Origin: Eledone cirrhosa
Lineage: Eukaryota
NCBI GenBank assembly: GCA_964016885.1
Contig: OZ024741.1
Location: forward strand, 395,870,001-395,934,000
DNA: 64,000 bases
Direction of reading: 5' to 3'
Positions 42,530 through 54,561 of the stretch are shown piece after piece (within the stretch, counting starts at the first letter, position 1; each line of letters starts with the position of its first letter). The position numbers and the translations under genes are program-made. The notes beneath the pieces are model-generated. The model saw only the letters and a list, made by a program, of their open reading frames with translations, was not told where the DNA came from and searched no databases.

Positions 42530-42535
<6 letters not shown>
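42143..42535. mobile_element. PLE terminal remnant: inverted 3' end plus forward tail
   Basis: 42145-42270 matches the reverse complement of 19600-19720. 42465-42535 matches the forward tail 19746-19815. Confidence 0.8.
42183..42247 (-). ncRNA. Type I hammerhead ribozyme
   Basis: tattttgt-CTGATGA-aggcatacca tgatttaact tggtatcctt-GAAA-tatata-TA-atgaaata. Confidence 0.88.
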
Positions 42536-42563
<28 letters not shown>

Positions 42564-42564
42564 T

Positions 42565-42626
<62 letters not shown>

Positions 42627-42772
42627 TCATCATCATCATCATCATCATTTTACGTCCGCTTTTCCCTGCTTGCAAGATATATATATATAAGTTATTCCAG
42701 GTTGAATCAGAGGTAACCACAGTAAGAAAGATACTCAATACATAGCAAAGTATAAATGTTTTAATATAGAAA

Positions 42773-42866
42773 AGCTTCTACAGGACTAGAACTGTTTCCT
42801 TTGTGAGTAATCATCAGCTTCCTGATGATTTCTCATGAATGAAACAGTTCTAGTCTTGTAGAAGCT
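42773..42866. ncRNA. Divergent hammerhead pair (same family as 30960-31061)
   Basis: + strand agcttc-CTGATGA-tttctcatgaat-GAAAC-agttctagtctt-GTA-gaagct, with an inverted copy immediately upstream. Confidence 0.78.
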
Positions 42867-42889
42867 TTTCTATATTAAAATATATATAT

Positions 42890-45800
42890 ATTCTATGGCG
42901 GGTAAAATTCTCGAGATCCATGGACGAATTCTCTTCAGCGGCCTCTGTACCTCATTATCGCTGCCATATCCTGCATCTCCAACAGACCAGTGTCTGTCCT
43001 TAGGGCATCAACATACATTAACCTTGGTCTTCCTCTTCCAGTGTGTCCATGTAGGAGCTCCTACAGGAGCACTGAGTGCAATGTCAACTCTGGATGTCAG
43101 TGAGCATGTCCAGCTAACCTCAGTCTCCTCTGTGTCGCTTTTGAGCTGACCTTTGGGAGGCTCCCTTACAGCTCTGAGTTTTTCATCCTCAGTGTATACT
43201 GATTAATGTTCAGAGCCATCCTCAGCATTCTCGTGTAGCACCCATCCACCATCTGAGTGAGTTTCTTGGTCAGTGTCCAAGTCTCAGACCTGTACAGCAG
43301 CACAGACTCCACGACAGCAATGAAGAGGCGGATCTTCAGGTCTTTACGAAGGTCCGACTTCCACACCGATCTCAAGCTGTGGCACGCCACCCAGGCTTTG
43401 CTCTTCCCCTCAACCACATCATCTTCCGTATTCCCAATCTTTGCTCCCAAATACAGGAAGTCCTCAACCAATTCTAGCGGCTTCCTGCCTACATTAGTGA
43501 TCCCCTCTGGCTTCTCAACATTCTCTACCAGATATTTTGTTTTAGTCTCATTCATTCTCAGCCCCATACTCATCGACAAAGTCTCAACCTCCTGCATCAA
43601 ATCCTCTGCCTCTTTCACTGTATTTGTCACAAAAACTATGTCGTCGGCAAATTCAGCATCTGATATCTTTTTCGCCTTAACTCTCCTGCTCTGAGCCGGT
43701 GTTACAGTAAAGCCAGAGTCCTGGTGTTTCTCCAGTGCAAGGCGCATACAATAGTCCACTACGATGATAAAAAGGTAGGGAGCCAATGTATCTCCCTGGA
43801 GCACTCCAGCCAGTATCTCAAAGAACTCTGTCATCCCATCAGATGTAATGACTTGGGCTTTGGTGTTGGTGTAGAGCAGTGATATCAGGTCCAATATCCT
43901 CTTGGGGATTCCATAAGCCTGTAAGATCTTCATCAGGCAGTGACGGTCCACAGAATCAAAGGCCTTCCTAAAGTCAATGAAAACCATGACCGCAGGAAGG
44001 CACTTTGCTCTAGCTCCCTCTAATATCCTCCTCAGCATCAGGATGTGACTGGTGGTTGATCTTCCCTCTCTGAAGCCGTTCTGGTTGTGCTTGAGCTTCT
44101 TCTCCATCTCAGGCTGGATCCTGTTAAGAATCATCCTTTGAGGGTCTTTGCCACAAGTGACGTCAGTGAGATCCCCCTGTAGTTGTTGGTGTTAGAGAGA
44201 TCTCCCTTATTTGACACTGGGTCGATGTTACTGATCCTCCACTAATTCGAGGCAACTCCTTTCTCCAGTGCCTGGTTACAGAACCAGGATGATATCATCA
44301 AAATCACACCTCTTCATCACCTCTGATGCCACACCATCTTCTCCATGAGCCTTGCCCTCCTTGATTTTCTTCTTGGCTCTCTGAAGCTCCTCTCTGGTGA
44401 AGGGCTCTGTCTTAATATCCAGTTCTTCAAACAGCCGCCTAATCTCCCCAGTGCTCTGGGCTGTGGAGGGTGGCTCTACTAGTAGGGTCCTAAAATGGTC
44501 TAGCCATTTCCTCTTCCTATCCTCGGGCCCTATTCCCTGAATCTGACCTCGAACACCTTCTCTTCCCCCCTGTGATCTCGTTGATGATCATCCAGCTCTC
44601 CTTACATCCGGATCTGTCAACCGCTCTCTCCACACTTCTGATCTTCTCTATCAGTGCCTCCTCTCTGACCTCAGTGTAAGCGGTACAGAGTTCTTCCCTC
44701 ATCACCTCCACAGTCTCCATCCTCTCCTCCGTAGGATCAGCATAGAATTGGTCCTTGGCAGCTTTCAGGTGTTCTCTGGTTGCACACACTTTTGGGTCTG
44801 CAGAGCTGACGTGCTTCCTTTTTTTCTATCTCCTCGGCACCAGGGTCTCACTTGCTTCCGCCACTGCATTGGTGAAGTGCCCGTACCTCCTCGTCACACT
44901 CTCGTCAGTCCATCCAATCTCTCTCTCCTCTGACTCTCCACACAGAGCACTGAACCTGTTCATCACTTCTACTGTGAACCTCTCCTGTAGCTTATCATCT
45001 TCCTTGAAACCTCCCCAGTCATAGATTGTTCTCCGGGGCTGAGCCTTGCTCTTTCTTAAGCTCACCCGGACCTCACTCATAACAAGCCGGTGGTCACTAC
45101 CCAGTGTACTGAAATAGTTATATGGTTCTGTGTTCAGAACACTATTCTGCCACTTTTTCCTCACCAGAATGAAATCAATCTGGGACTTGGACAGGTGCAT
45201 ATCTGAGATGTAGGTCCACATCTTCCCCGGATTCTTCCTAAACCTTAGGCTGGTCGCTATCAAGTTCGCCTCCAGCAGGGTGTCTCTCAGTAGTTTTCCA
45301 TTTCGGTTGGTGTTGTTATGGAAGTACCAGCAAGGATCTTCACTGCCCTCCTTACTCAGATGTGCATTGAAGTCCCCCAAAACAAGCAGAATGTTGTGTG
45401 CTTGTGTGGTGTTGACAGATCTACACACCTCCTCATGGAACTCTTCCGCACTCACATCTCTGTCTCCCTCGGTTGTACTATAGGCTGAAATGACTGTCAG
45501 TCTTGGGTTTCCATGGAAGGTCACCCTCAACACTCGCGGAGAGACAGGCATTATTTCCCTCACTAATAGACTGGTTTTTGTGCTGAAAACAAAACCCACT
45601 CCTCCCACTGCAGCATTTGTCATGTTCCTCACTGCCAATGTGGTGATGAGCTGGCTCCTCTTCCCAATCATCATACTCCTCACGGGCTCATCGTGTAGGA
45701 TCCTGTGTTTTTGGATCGCAAGTATCTGTATACCACTCTCCTCGAACAGATGTCCCAACTCCTCTCTCTTCTCCAACGTCCAAATAGTCCTCACATTCAA

Positions 45801-46185
45801 AGTGCCCATTTTGATGGCTCTTCTGCAGGACAAAACTGCATTCTTTATATTTGTCTCAGAGACAGCTGATCCATCATCCACTGGCCCTCCCTGTGGCTCT
45901 AAACCAGCAGAGTCATAACGACCAGACTGCTCCTTGACAGTGTAATTAGTGCTGTTAGATCGACTCTCCATATTTCTTTTCAATGGCTGACAATACCTTA
46001 CCGGCGCCACTCGAATAAGGTAGTTATTTAACCCATAAATGGGGCCTAACAGGTACTACTACCCCGGGCCAGAGCAGACCTGGGAGTTTTGACAACTAAG
46101 GTGTAACTCCACATTCCCCACAGCTCCTGAACTCCCGAACTGGAGCCTTGCCACTGGTTGTAGTTTAATGTCATACCCAGGACAT
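42890..46185 (-). mobile_element. RTE-clade LINE, near full length but disrupted (APE endonuclease plus RT)
   Basis: GTLNVRT, LAIQKHR, GDFNA, QIDFIL and SDH in 44826-46010. QNGFREGRST, FIDFRKAFDSV, GVLQGDTLAPYLF, FADD and FLYLG in 43166-44134. Several stops and frameshifts. Confidence 0.93.
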
Positions 46186-46202
46186 ATATATATGTATATA
46201 TA

Positions 46203-47643
46203 TCATCATCATCATCATCATCAACGTTTAACGTCCGTGTTCCACGCTTGCATGGGTTTGGACGGGGGTATTCCCACTTGAGGCAAGAGTGATTGTCTTG
46301 CTCGCATAGGACTGTCTGGCAGGTTTTCTACAGTTTGATGCCCTTCCTAACACCAACCACATTTACAGTGTGGGTCTGGGAGGTTTTTACCGTGTTGCCT
46401 ACACGGCCACATTACAGCGTGGACTGTGTGTTTTTTGTCGTGACACCTACACGATCTCATTTGTTTCGGCCTGGATGGTGTGGCACCAACATAACTTTAC
46501 ATAGGAGGGGGTGGTGTGGATGGGGTGGGGGTGGTGGGACGGGCGTGTATTTTGTTAGAGATGCCTACTGGCTGTAGTAGGTTTTACTATGTATTTAGGT
46601 AAGGCGGGTCTTCTCTATTACTGAGTACCGCCAAAGGTCTCGGTCCAGTGACATTGTCTTGGAGAGGTGTAAGTGTGTGAGGTCGGAGTTTATCAGCTCG
46701 TCCCAGGTTTTTCTAGGTCTGCCTATTCCGTGGCTACCGTCTATCTTTATTGCCCTGCACTTTGTTATACAGCTATCGACTTTCATGCGCATCACGTGTC
46801 CATACCAACGTAGCCTTCTCTCGAGTAAACAACATCTGATCCCTCTTATTTCTAATTTTTTCCTTAGTTCGTTTATGCTTTGCCGTTCACGTATATTACT
46901 ATTACACATCCAGCGGAGCATGCAATCTTCGTTCCTCTCTAGTCTGCGTATATCCTCTGCACACAATACCCAGGTCTCACTGCCATGCAACATTGCTGTT
47001 CGTATGCAGGCATCATACAACCTGCCTTTCATTTTTAGGGAGAACCCTTTAGCGGCTAATAGTGGTATAAGCTCTCTGAACTTTTTCCATCCAGTTCTGA
47101 CTCTAGCTACTGTACTTTCAGAGCACCCTCCCCCACTGCTGATTTTGTCACCCAGGTAACGGAAGCTGTCCACTATTTCTATAGAGCCCTCTGCGCAGTT
47201 GTAAGAGCTAGTATTTTGTGGGCACTTGCTGCTACTTATTGCACCAGAGCACCGCCCACATGTAAAATCTATGTTCTTAGTTAGCTTACCTGTGATCCCA
47301 CTACATCTTTTATGCACCCATACTTTGCATTTGGGACATAAAATGGAGTTTCTACCTACGCCTTTCCTACACACTGAGCATGGCCATTTCCCGGAAGGGA
47401 CCGCCGCCTTATTTTCTTTCCTACAAACTAGAACTTTAGTCTTAGCCAGGTTAATTTTAAGGCCTTTTGATTCTAGGCCGTGCTTCCATGTTTGGAATTT
47501 CTTCTCTAGCTCGGCCATTGATTCAGCTATGAGTGTCAGGTCGTCTGCGTATAGGAGTTCCCATGGACAGCTGGTCTTGAACTCCTCTGTTATAGCCTGA
47601 AGGGCAATAATAAATAGTAGGGGGCTGAGAACAGAGCCCTGAT
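46203..47643 (-). mobile_element. RTE-clade LINE 3' fragment with PHD-like finger, 3' UTR and (GAT)n tail
   Basis: QGSVLSPLLF and LLYADD upstream of ORF 46595-47518, which contains WPCSVC..CPKC..VHKRC..CGRC, FRYLG, HGSETW and LRWYGHVMRM. Confidence 0.92.
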
Positions 47644-47679
47644 GGACGCCAACTTTTACGCTTTTACGCTATATATATA

Positions 47680-48278
47680 TGGAGATCAGATTAGCATGGG
47701 AGGAGGGTGTTCCGAGGCCATAGTATCTAGAATAAGGACGGGTTGGAAGAAGTTTAGGGAGCTGCTTCCTCTGTTGACGAAGAAGGGTTTCTCCCTGCGT
47801 ACGAAAGGCCGGTTGTATGATGCCTGTGTGAGGAGCGCGATGCTGCATGGTAGTGAGACATGGGCAGCAACTGCAGAGGATATGCGACGGCTGGAGAGAA
47901 ATGAGGCAAGCATGCTCCGTTGGATGTGCAGTGTAAATGTGCGTGAACGACCCAGCATAAATGTGTTGAGAGAGAAACTGTGTCTGAGAGGGATAGAATG
48001 TAGTGTACGGGAGAGGAGACTGAGGTGGTATGGACATGTGATGCGCATGGAGGATGACCGATGGGTGAAGAAGTGCCAGGAAATGCCAGTTGAAGGAAGA
48101 CGTGGTAGAGGTAGACCACGAAAAACATGGGCGGAGGTGGTGAGAACAGACCTCAGATCATTGAAGCTCACGGTGGAGATGACGAAGGACCATGACGAGT
48201 GGAGAGATGCTGTGCTGAATAAGACCCGTCCCACCCTTGCAAGCAGGGAAAAGCAGATGTAAGATGATGATGATGATT
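47680..48278 (+). mobile_element. RTE-clade LINE 3' fragment (same family as 11135-11976)
   Basis: GDQISMGGGCSEA..RIRTGWKKF..RGRGRPRKTW. (gat)n tail. Confidence 0.9.
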
Positions 48279-48531
48279 GCTAGCATGGGTTAGACAGGAA
48301 TTGTCCCACTTGAGGCAAGATTGGTCGGGTGACCATGTCTCGCTTGTATAGGATTATCTGGCAGGTTTTCTATGGCTGGATGCCCTTCTTAACACCAACC
48401 AAATTTACAGTGTGGTCTGGGAGGTTTTTACCGTGTTACTTACACAGTTACATTACAGCGTGAACTGTGTTATTTTTTTTTGTCGTGACACCTACACAAC
48501 CTCGTATGTATATATATGCATATATATATAT

Positions 48532-48614
<83 letters not shown>

Positions 48615-48949
48615 TCCTGGGTTCAATCGGGGGTAACCACAGTAAGTAAGGTACTCAATATATTAGTAAAATGTAAACATCAAGTTTAATATAGAAATGG
48701 CTTCAAGAGGACTACAACTGTTGATTTCTTTTGAATGAAACAGTTCTAGTCCCGTAGAAACCATTTCTATATTAAACTTATATATATATATATCATGCGT
48801 TGTAGTAGGTGTGTCGTTTACAGTATATATGACTGAAAACACAACACTTCAATGAACACAGGCTTGTAGTTGAGATAAATCTAAACTATATATAGCCATA
48901 GTAATCCAGTGACAATAACATAAATTATAAAATAAAAGAAATAATCTTT

Positions 48950-49725
48950 TTCTTCTTCTCTTCTTCTTTTCTTCTTCTTCTTCTTCTTCTTCTTCTTCTT
49001 CTTCTTCTTCTTCAGGCCATGGGGGCAGAGTTCACAAACACTGCTTCCAGCAGGTCCTGTCAAAAGCAACTGCCTCCAACTGATCCCACGAGACCCCCCC
49101 CCCCCCAAGCAAGACCAGCCAAGCTCATGGATGTTATCCAACCATCTTGCTCCAGGTGGGTCTACCCCTAGGTCACTTGCTGGTTGGTTTTGCTTGTAAA
49201 ATCTGTCCAGCGATTCCCTGAACATTCTAACCACATGCCCATAGTATCGGAGCTGTGATCTCTCAATTCGGAGAAGTAGTGAGTCTACCTCGAGTGACTC
49301 TCTGATCTCTACAAATCTGTCCAGTGATTCTTTCCTGAGACATTCTAACCACATGCCCATAGTATCGGAGCTGTGATCTCTCAATTCAGAGAAGTAGTCA
49401 CTCTCTGATCTCCCAGCTTCATACTCTATTGAGTAACATTACTCCAAAGACCCTTCAGAGGAAGCGCATTTCAGCTGCTTGTATTTGCAATCATATGCTT
49501 TCAATTATTACCCAAGATTGATGACCATAGGTAAGGGTTGGCAAGAAAACCGAATTGAAGATAGCAAGTTTGACTTTTACATCTACCTCCCTTCTGATTA
49601 CTGCATACTGAAGCTGGTGCATTACTGTAATTCTTGCACTTAATTCAGCTTCCTGCCTTCCATCACTTGTGAACATGGTCCCGAGATACTTCAACTTCTC
49701 TACCTGCTTCAGTGGAACCCCATAT
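48950..49725 (-). mobile_element. RTE-clade LINE 3' fragment with (GAA)n tail
   Basis: LKQVEKLKYLG..LPTLTYGHQSW and RIERSQLRYYGHVVRM. (ttc)n at ~48950-49012. Confidence 0.85.
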
Positions 49726-49892
49726 AAAACAAAATAAAACATTAAACAAAAATGAAAGATATTAATAATAAAATAAAAAGTTTGTAAAATAAGAAAATAA
49801 CCGACACATCATTAGACTTAAGTGATGTGTGCTGGTGTAACATACTTCTCTCTGGGTATTAACTATAATAACCCTGTGATAAGATGTAAATG

Positions 49893-50265
49893 ATGACTGG
49901 TTATAACTGGTTATAACTGGTTATGACTGGTCATAACTGGTTATGACTGGCTATAACTGGTAATGTCTAGTTATAACTGGTTATGACTGGTTATAACTGG
50001 TTATGACAGGTTATAACTGGTTATGATTGGTTATGATGGTTTTGACTGGTTATAATTGGTTATGTCTGGTTGTGACCGGTTATGTCTTGTTATAACTGGT
50101 TATGACTGGTTATAACTGGTTATGACTGGTTTGGGTGGTTATGAGTGGTTGTGAGTGGTTATAATTGGTTATGACTGGTTTGGGTGGTTATGGCTGGTCT
50201 TAACTGGTTATGACTGGTTACGACTGGTTTGGATGGTTATGACTGGTTTTAAATGGTTATAACTG
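49893..50265. repeat. 10-bp minisatellite (ACTGGTTATR)n
   Basis: Visible directly, about 37 degenerate units. Confidence 0.95.
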
Positions 50266-50331
50266 TGACTGCATGTTTTATTATCTCAGAGTTTGACCTC
50301 TCTGGCAAAGATGCAAAGTTTTAAAAAATAA

Positions 50332-50376
<45 letters not shown>

Positions 50377-50460
50377 CATTTATTAACATTTTGAATAATA
50401 TTATAAAATTGTATTCGTTGATTAATCAACGAACCATATTAATCTTTGGTTATATATATA

Positions 50461-50782
50461 TATAGTGAAATAAAATGACAAGGTCGATTGGTTACTCCTT
50501 CATTACATTTATTGGTTGGTGACACGTGTTTCACCACTGATCAGCTCAAGGTTCGATCTGTATCGATCTGACCCGACTCTGTAAACCGCGGCTCATTAGA
50601 CTGCTTGTAATGGTACATTAACCAACCAATAAATCAAATGAAGGAGTAACCAATCGTCCTTGTTATTTTATTTCACTATAATACACTCTGTCTAGCTCTA
50701 CACCTCGAAACTGAAGTGAACCTAAACATCGAGTTCTCACCCGGGGGAATCTACAGTAACTCCAAGTTATACTCCCTGGATA
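50461..50782. mobile_element. (TA)n-flanked palindromic element with a degenerate minus-strand hammerhead and a unique tail
   Basis: 50461-50519 is the reverse complement of 50621-50680. Minus strand reads cagt-CTAATGA-gccgc..gtggt-GAAAC-acgt-GTC. Confidence 0.6.
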
Positions 50783-50923
50783 TATATATATACTTATATA
50801 TATATATATCAAATATTAAGCAAATTAATCTACGGCTTCCAAAATAAGTTGTCAGCCAGTAAATAGCCATATTCAAAATTTGTTTAATTGTTGTTGTTTT
50901 CTCTGACATTTAATATATACATA

Positions 50924-51252
50924 TATTGTTATACTTTGAGAGGCCAATAAAAACACTCGCACCTGTTGGTTTTCACTTTAAGTTAGTATAAACTTCCAGT
51001 TGGTTAGTTTAATGACTGGATGGCTGTTTATTTGTTTTTGTCAAAGCTCTTTTGTCACAAATTCTGTGACCTCCTCAGTGACTAATTTGTTATATTGTAC
51101 CTCTCCTTCGTTCTGTTGTACACCAATAAACAAATAAACAACCATCCAGTCATTTAACTAACCAACTGTAAGTTTATAATAAATTGAAGTGTAAAACCAT
51201 CAGGTGTGTGTGTTTTTATTGGCAGCATGACCCTCAAAAAGTATAACAATAT
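50924..51252. repeat. MITE-like imperfect palindrome with ~120-bp arms
   Basis: atgactggatgg.tgtttatttgttt pairs with aaacaaataaacaaccatccagtcat, and atattgttatacttt pairs with aaagtataacaatat. Confidence 0.7.
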
Positions 51253-51766
51253 CTGTTTCAACACACACTGTAAAGTGGTCATGTAGTTGTCACAACAAAA
51301 AGCACCCAGCCCACACTGTAAAGTGGTCGTGTTGTTCACAAGACAAAAAGTGCCCAGTCGACACTGTAAAGTGGTTGTGTAGTTGTCACAACAAAAAGCA
51401 CCCAGTCCACACTGTCAAGTGGTCATGTTGGTGTCATGATAAAAAGTACCCAGAACTCACTGTAAATGTGGTTGGTATTAGAAAGAGCATCCAACCGTAG
51501 AAACCAAAGCAAAATCAGTTCTGTGTGAACAAAACACAGTCCTCCAATCTGGCTTGTCTCACAATAGGACATCTCGTCTAACCCATGCTAGCATGGAAAC
51601 TGGACGTTAAGCGATGATGATGATGATATATAAAAGGAGTATATTTGGAATGTGGCAAGTGAAATTTAGAATTGAAATTGAAATATTTTTTACTATAATA
51701 TAGTCTAATAATGGGGCATATAGTGAAATATATTAAGGAGAAGCTTCTATTTCAATATATATATAT

Positions 51767-52571
51767 ATGGGAGACATGGGTATTGTGTGCAGAGGACCTG
51801 CACAGACTGGAGAGGAATGAAGCATGCATGCTCCGTTGGATGTGTAATAGTAATATACGTGAACAGAAAAACATAAATGAACTAAGTGAGAAATTACGAA
51901 TAAGAAGGATCAGATGATGCTGTTTACTTGAGAGAAGACTACGTTTGTATGGTCACGTGATGCGCATGAAAGACGACAGCTGTATAAAAAAAAGTGCAGG
52001 GCGATCAAAATTGATGGAAGTTACGGAGTAGGTAGACCCAGAAAAACCTGGGATGATTTGATAAATTCCGACCTTACACACTTCCACCCCTCTAAGACAA
52101 TGTCACTGGACCGAGATCTTTGGCACCACACAGTAATACAGAAGACCCACCTTGCCTATGTACAAAGTGAAACCTACAGTCAGTAGGCACCTCTTAACCA
52201 AATATACAACCCAACCCACTACCTATACTCTATCCTCCCATTCCCACCAACACCACCCTTTCTCTGTAAAGTTATGCTGGTACCACAAAATCCAGTCCAA
52301 AATAATGAGGTCGTGTAGGTGTCACAACAAAAAAACACACAGTCCACGCTGTAATGTGGCCATGTAGGTAACATGGTAAAAACCTCCCAGTCCACACTCT
52401 AAATGTGGTTGGTGTTAGGAAGGGCATCCAGTCGTAGAAAACCTGCCAGATAGTCCTATACGAGCAAGACACGGTCACCCGACCAATCTTGCCTCAAGTG
52501 GGACAATTCCTGTCTAACCCATGCTAGCGTGGAAGATAGACGTTAAATGATGATGATGATGATGATGATGA

Positions 52572-52575
<4 letters not shown>
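51767..52575 (+). mobile_element. RTE 3' fragment, same family as 46203-47643, including its 3' UTR
   Basis: ETWVLCAEDLHRLERNEACMLRWMC. Same UTR and (gat)n tail. Confidence 0.85.
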
Positions 52576-52616
<41 letters not shown>

Positions 52617-52685
52617 TGAAAAATGGCATGCTGCGTTGTTGCGAATATGAACATATGAATAAAAATAAACCGAGAAACAGGAAAA

Positions 52686-52787
52686 GTCCTTCATCAGTAG
52701 TCTGCTGATTCTCATTGGTATTTCTTCGCATTAAAGACTAGATACCTAAAATCAGTGCGAGCGATAACTAAATTAAGTTATCGGGAC
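52686..52787 (-). ncRNA. Candidate pseudoknotted structured RNA (family A, inverted copy)
   Basis: Reverse complement of 53007-53109; retains the 5' gtcc strand that can pair with the 3' ggac. Confidence 0.65.
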
Positions 52788-53006
52788 AGAGGAAAGTAAA
52801 CAAACAACATGGTAGTAACGCTGGTAATAATGGGCTTAAGTCCGACAAATCAAATGACGAGAAGAAAACAGACACGTCCGAGCCACGAAAAAAGTGAGAG
52901 AGAAAAGTCATTTGATTTGTCGGACTTAAGCCCACAAGATTCATTGACTTGTCTCTCTTTTCCTCTCTTTACGTTGCATTACTACCATGTTGTTTGTTTA
53001 CTTTCC

Positions 53007-53109
53007 TGCCCCGATAACTTAATTTAGTTATCGCTCGCACTGATTTTAGGTATCTAGTCTTTAATGCGAAGAAATACCAATGAGAATCAGCAGACTACTG
53101 ATGAAGGAC
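53007..53109 (+). ncRNA. Candidate pseudoknotted structured RNA with hammerhead core motifs (family A)
   Basis: cgataact/agttatcg-ctcgca-ctgatt-tt-aggta-TC-tagtct-ttaatgcgaa-GAAA-tacc-aatgag-aatcag-c-agacta-CTGATGA-aggac. Confidence 0.65.
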
Positions 53110-53135
53110 TTTTCCTGTTTCTCGGTCTATTTTTA

Positions 53136-53197
<62 letters not shown>

Positions 53198-53281
53198 TAT
53201 ATATATATATATATATATATATAGTGTAGGTGATTCAGTCAATTACTGGTGTTGGTACCAAAGCAAACATTCTATGTACAT

Positions 53282-53596
53282 TAGAAAAAAACGAGGAAGT
53301 TTTGTTTACATATAAAAGATATTTATTGTGTATCAACCTGTTACACGTGTTTCACAGAAGATTGGCTCAAGGTCACCCATAGGAATTGTGGAGCTGACTA
53401 CACTATCGATCTGCTCATCACATCACCAGTCTGATGAGCAGACCGACATCACCAGTCTGATGAGCAGATCGATATTGGTGTTGGGGCCATAACTCCTATT
53501 GGTGACCTTGAGCCAATCCTCTGCAAAATGCGTGTAACAGGTCGATACGCAATAAATATCTTTTATATGTAAACAAAACTTCCTCGCTTTTTTTTC

Positions 53597-53600
<4 letters not shown>
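53282..53600. mobile_element. Palindromic element with long-stem-II hammerheads on both arms (degenerate)
   Basis: 53282-53420 is approximately the reverse complement of 53458-53598. Consensus ccagt-CTGATGA-gcaga..~50 nt..tctgc-GAAAC-acgt-GTA-acagg. 26-bp duplication at the centre. Confidence 0.75.
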
Positions 53601-53656
<56 letters not shown>

Positions 53657-53810
53657 CAAAAAGTTATCGCTCTACATGGCTGAATACAATAAATGTAATC
53701 TGATTTTTTTTTATATTAATAATAATATTTGATTCGTTTGCAATTATGCAAACAGCCTCTTTTAAGCGATGTCAGTAGAATTCTTGCTCTTGTGTTAAGG
53801 CATATAAACA

Positions 53811-53861
53811 GAACTGCAGGCACCAATGTTTCTGGATGATTATCCTTCATCAGTACAGTTC
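53811..53861 (-). ncRNA. Type I hammerhead motif with mutated cleavage triplet (GCC)
   Basis: gaactgta-CTGATGA-aggat aatc atcca-GAAAC-attggt-GCC-tgcagttc. 8-bp stem I. Confidence 0.7.
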
Positions 53862-54561
53862 ACTGTTCACCTGCCAACTGTCAGAGCTAGTGAAAATATA
53901 TGATTTTTTCTAAAATATACAGTAACTGATCAGCCTGATTTGCATATTAGCTGACTGGCTGATCAGTCAGTTCTGCATATTAGCAGAGCCACTGATCAGC
54001 CAGATTTGCATATCAGCAGATAGGTCAGTCTGTTTCATGTATACAAGCAATTAATGGCTGGCTTTGCCATATTCAAATAACTTTTTGTTAGTTATTTGAA
54101 TATGGCAAAGCCGGCCATTAATCGCCATTAATCAGTAAAAAATATTTCAACTTCAATTCTAAACTTCACTCGCCACATTCCAAATATACTCCTTTTATAT
54201 ATCATCATCAGCGTTTAACGTCGATTTTCCATGCTAGCATAGGTTAGACGAGATGTCCTCTTGTGAGAAAAGCCAGATTGGAGGACTGTGTTTTGCTCAC
54301 ACAGAACTGATTTTGCTTTGGTTTCTATGGTTGGATGCTCTTTCTAACACCAACCACATTTACAGTGAGTTCTGGGTACTTTTTATCTTGACACCAACAT
54401 GACCACTTGAGAGTGTCGACTGGGTGCTTTTTGTTGTGACAACTACATGACCACTTTACAGTGTGGGCTGGGTGCTTTTTGTTGTGACAACTACACAACC
54501 ACTTGACAGTTTGGGCTGGGTGTTTTTTAAAATTTGATCAAATAACTCTGTCCACTTTTAT

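Larger units (their letters stand above)
52612..53140. mobile_element. (TA)n-flanked palindromic non-coding element related to 39291-40004
   Basis: 52655-52825 is the reverse complement of ~52970-53140, and 52832-52855 pairs with 52910-52933. Shares gacttgtctc and ttgtttgtttac motifs with the 39 kb element. Confidence 0.8.

Noticed and set aside
53040-53110. Reading the novel RNA as SECIS, group I P7 (agacta/tagtct), HDV-like, pistol or hairpin ribozyme
   Set aside because: Spacing or strand order does not fit these consensus folds, and the 39 kb homologue changes the P7-like bases.
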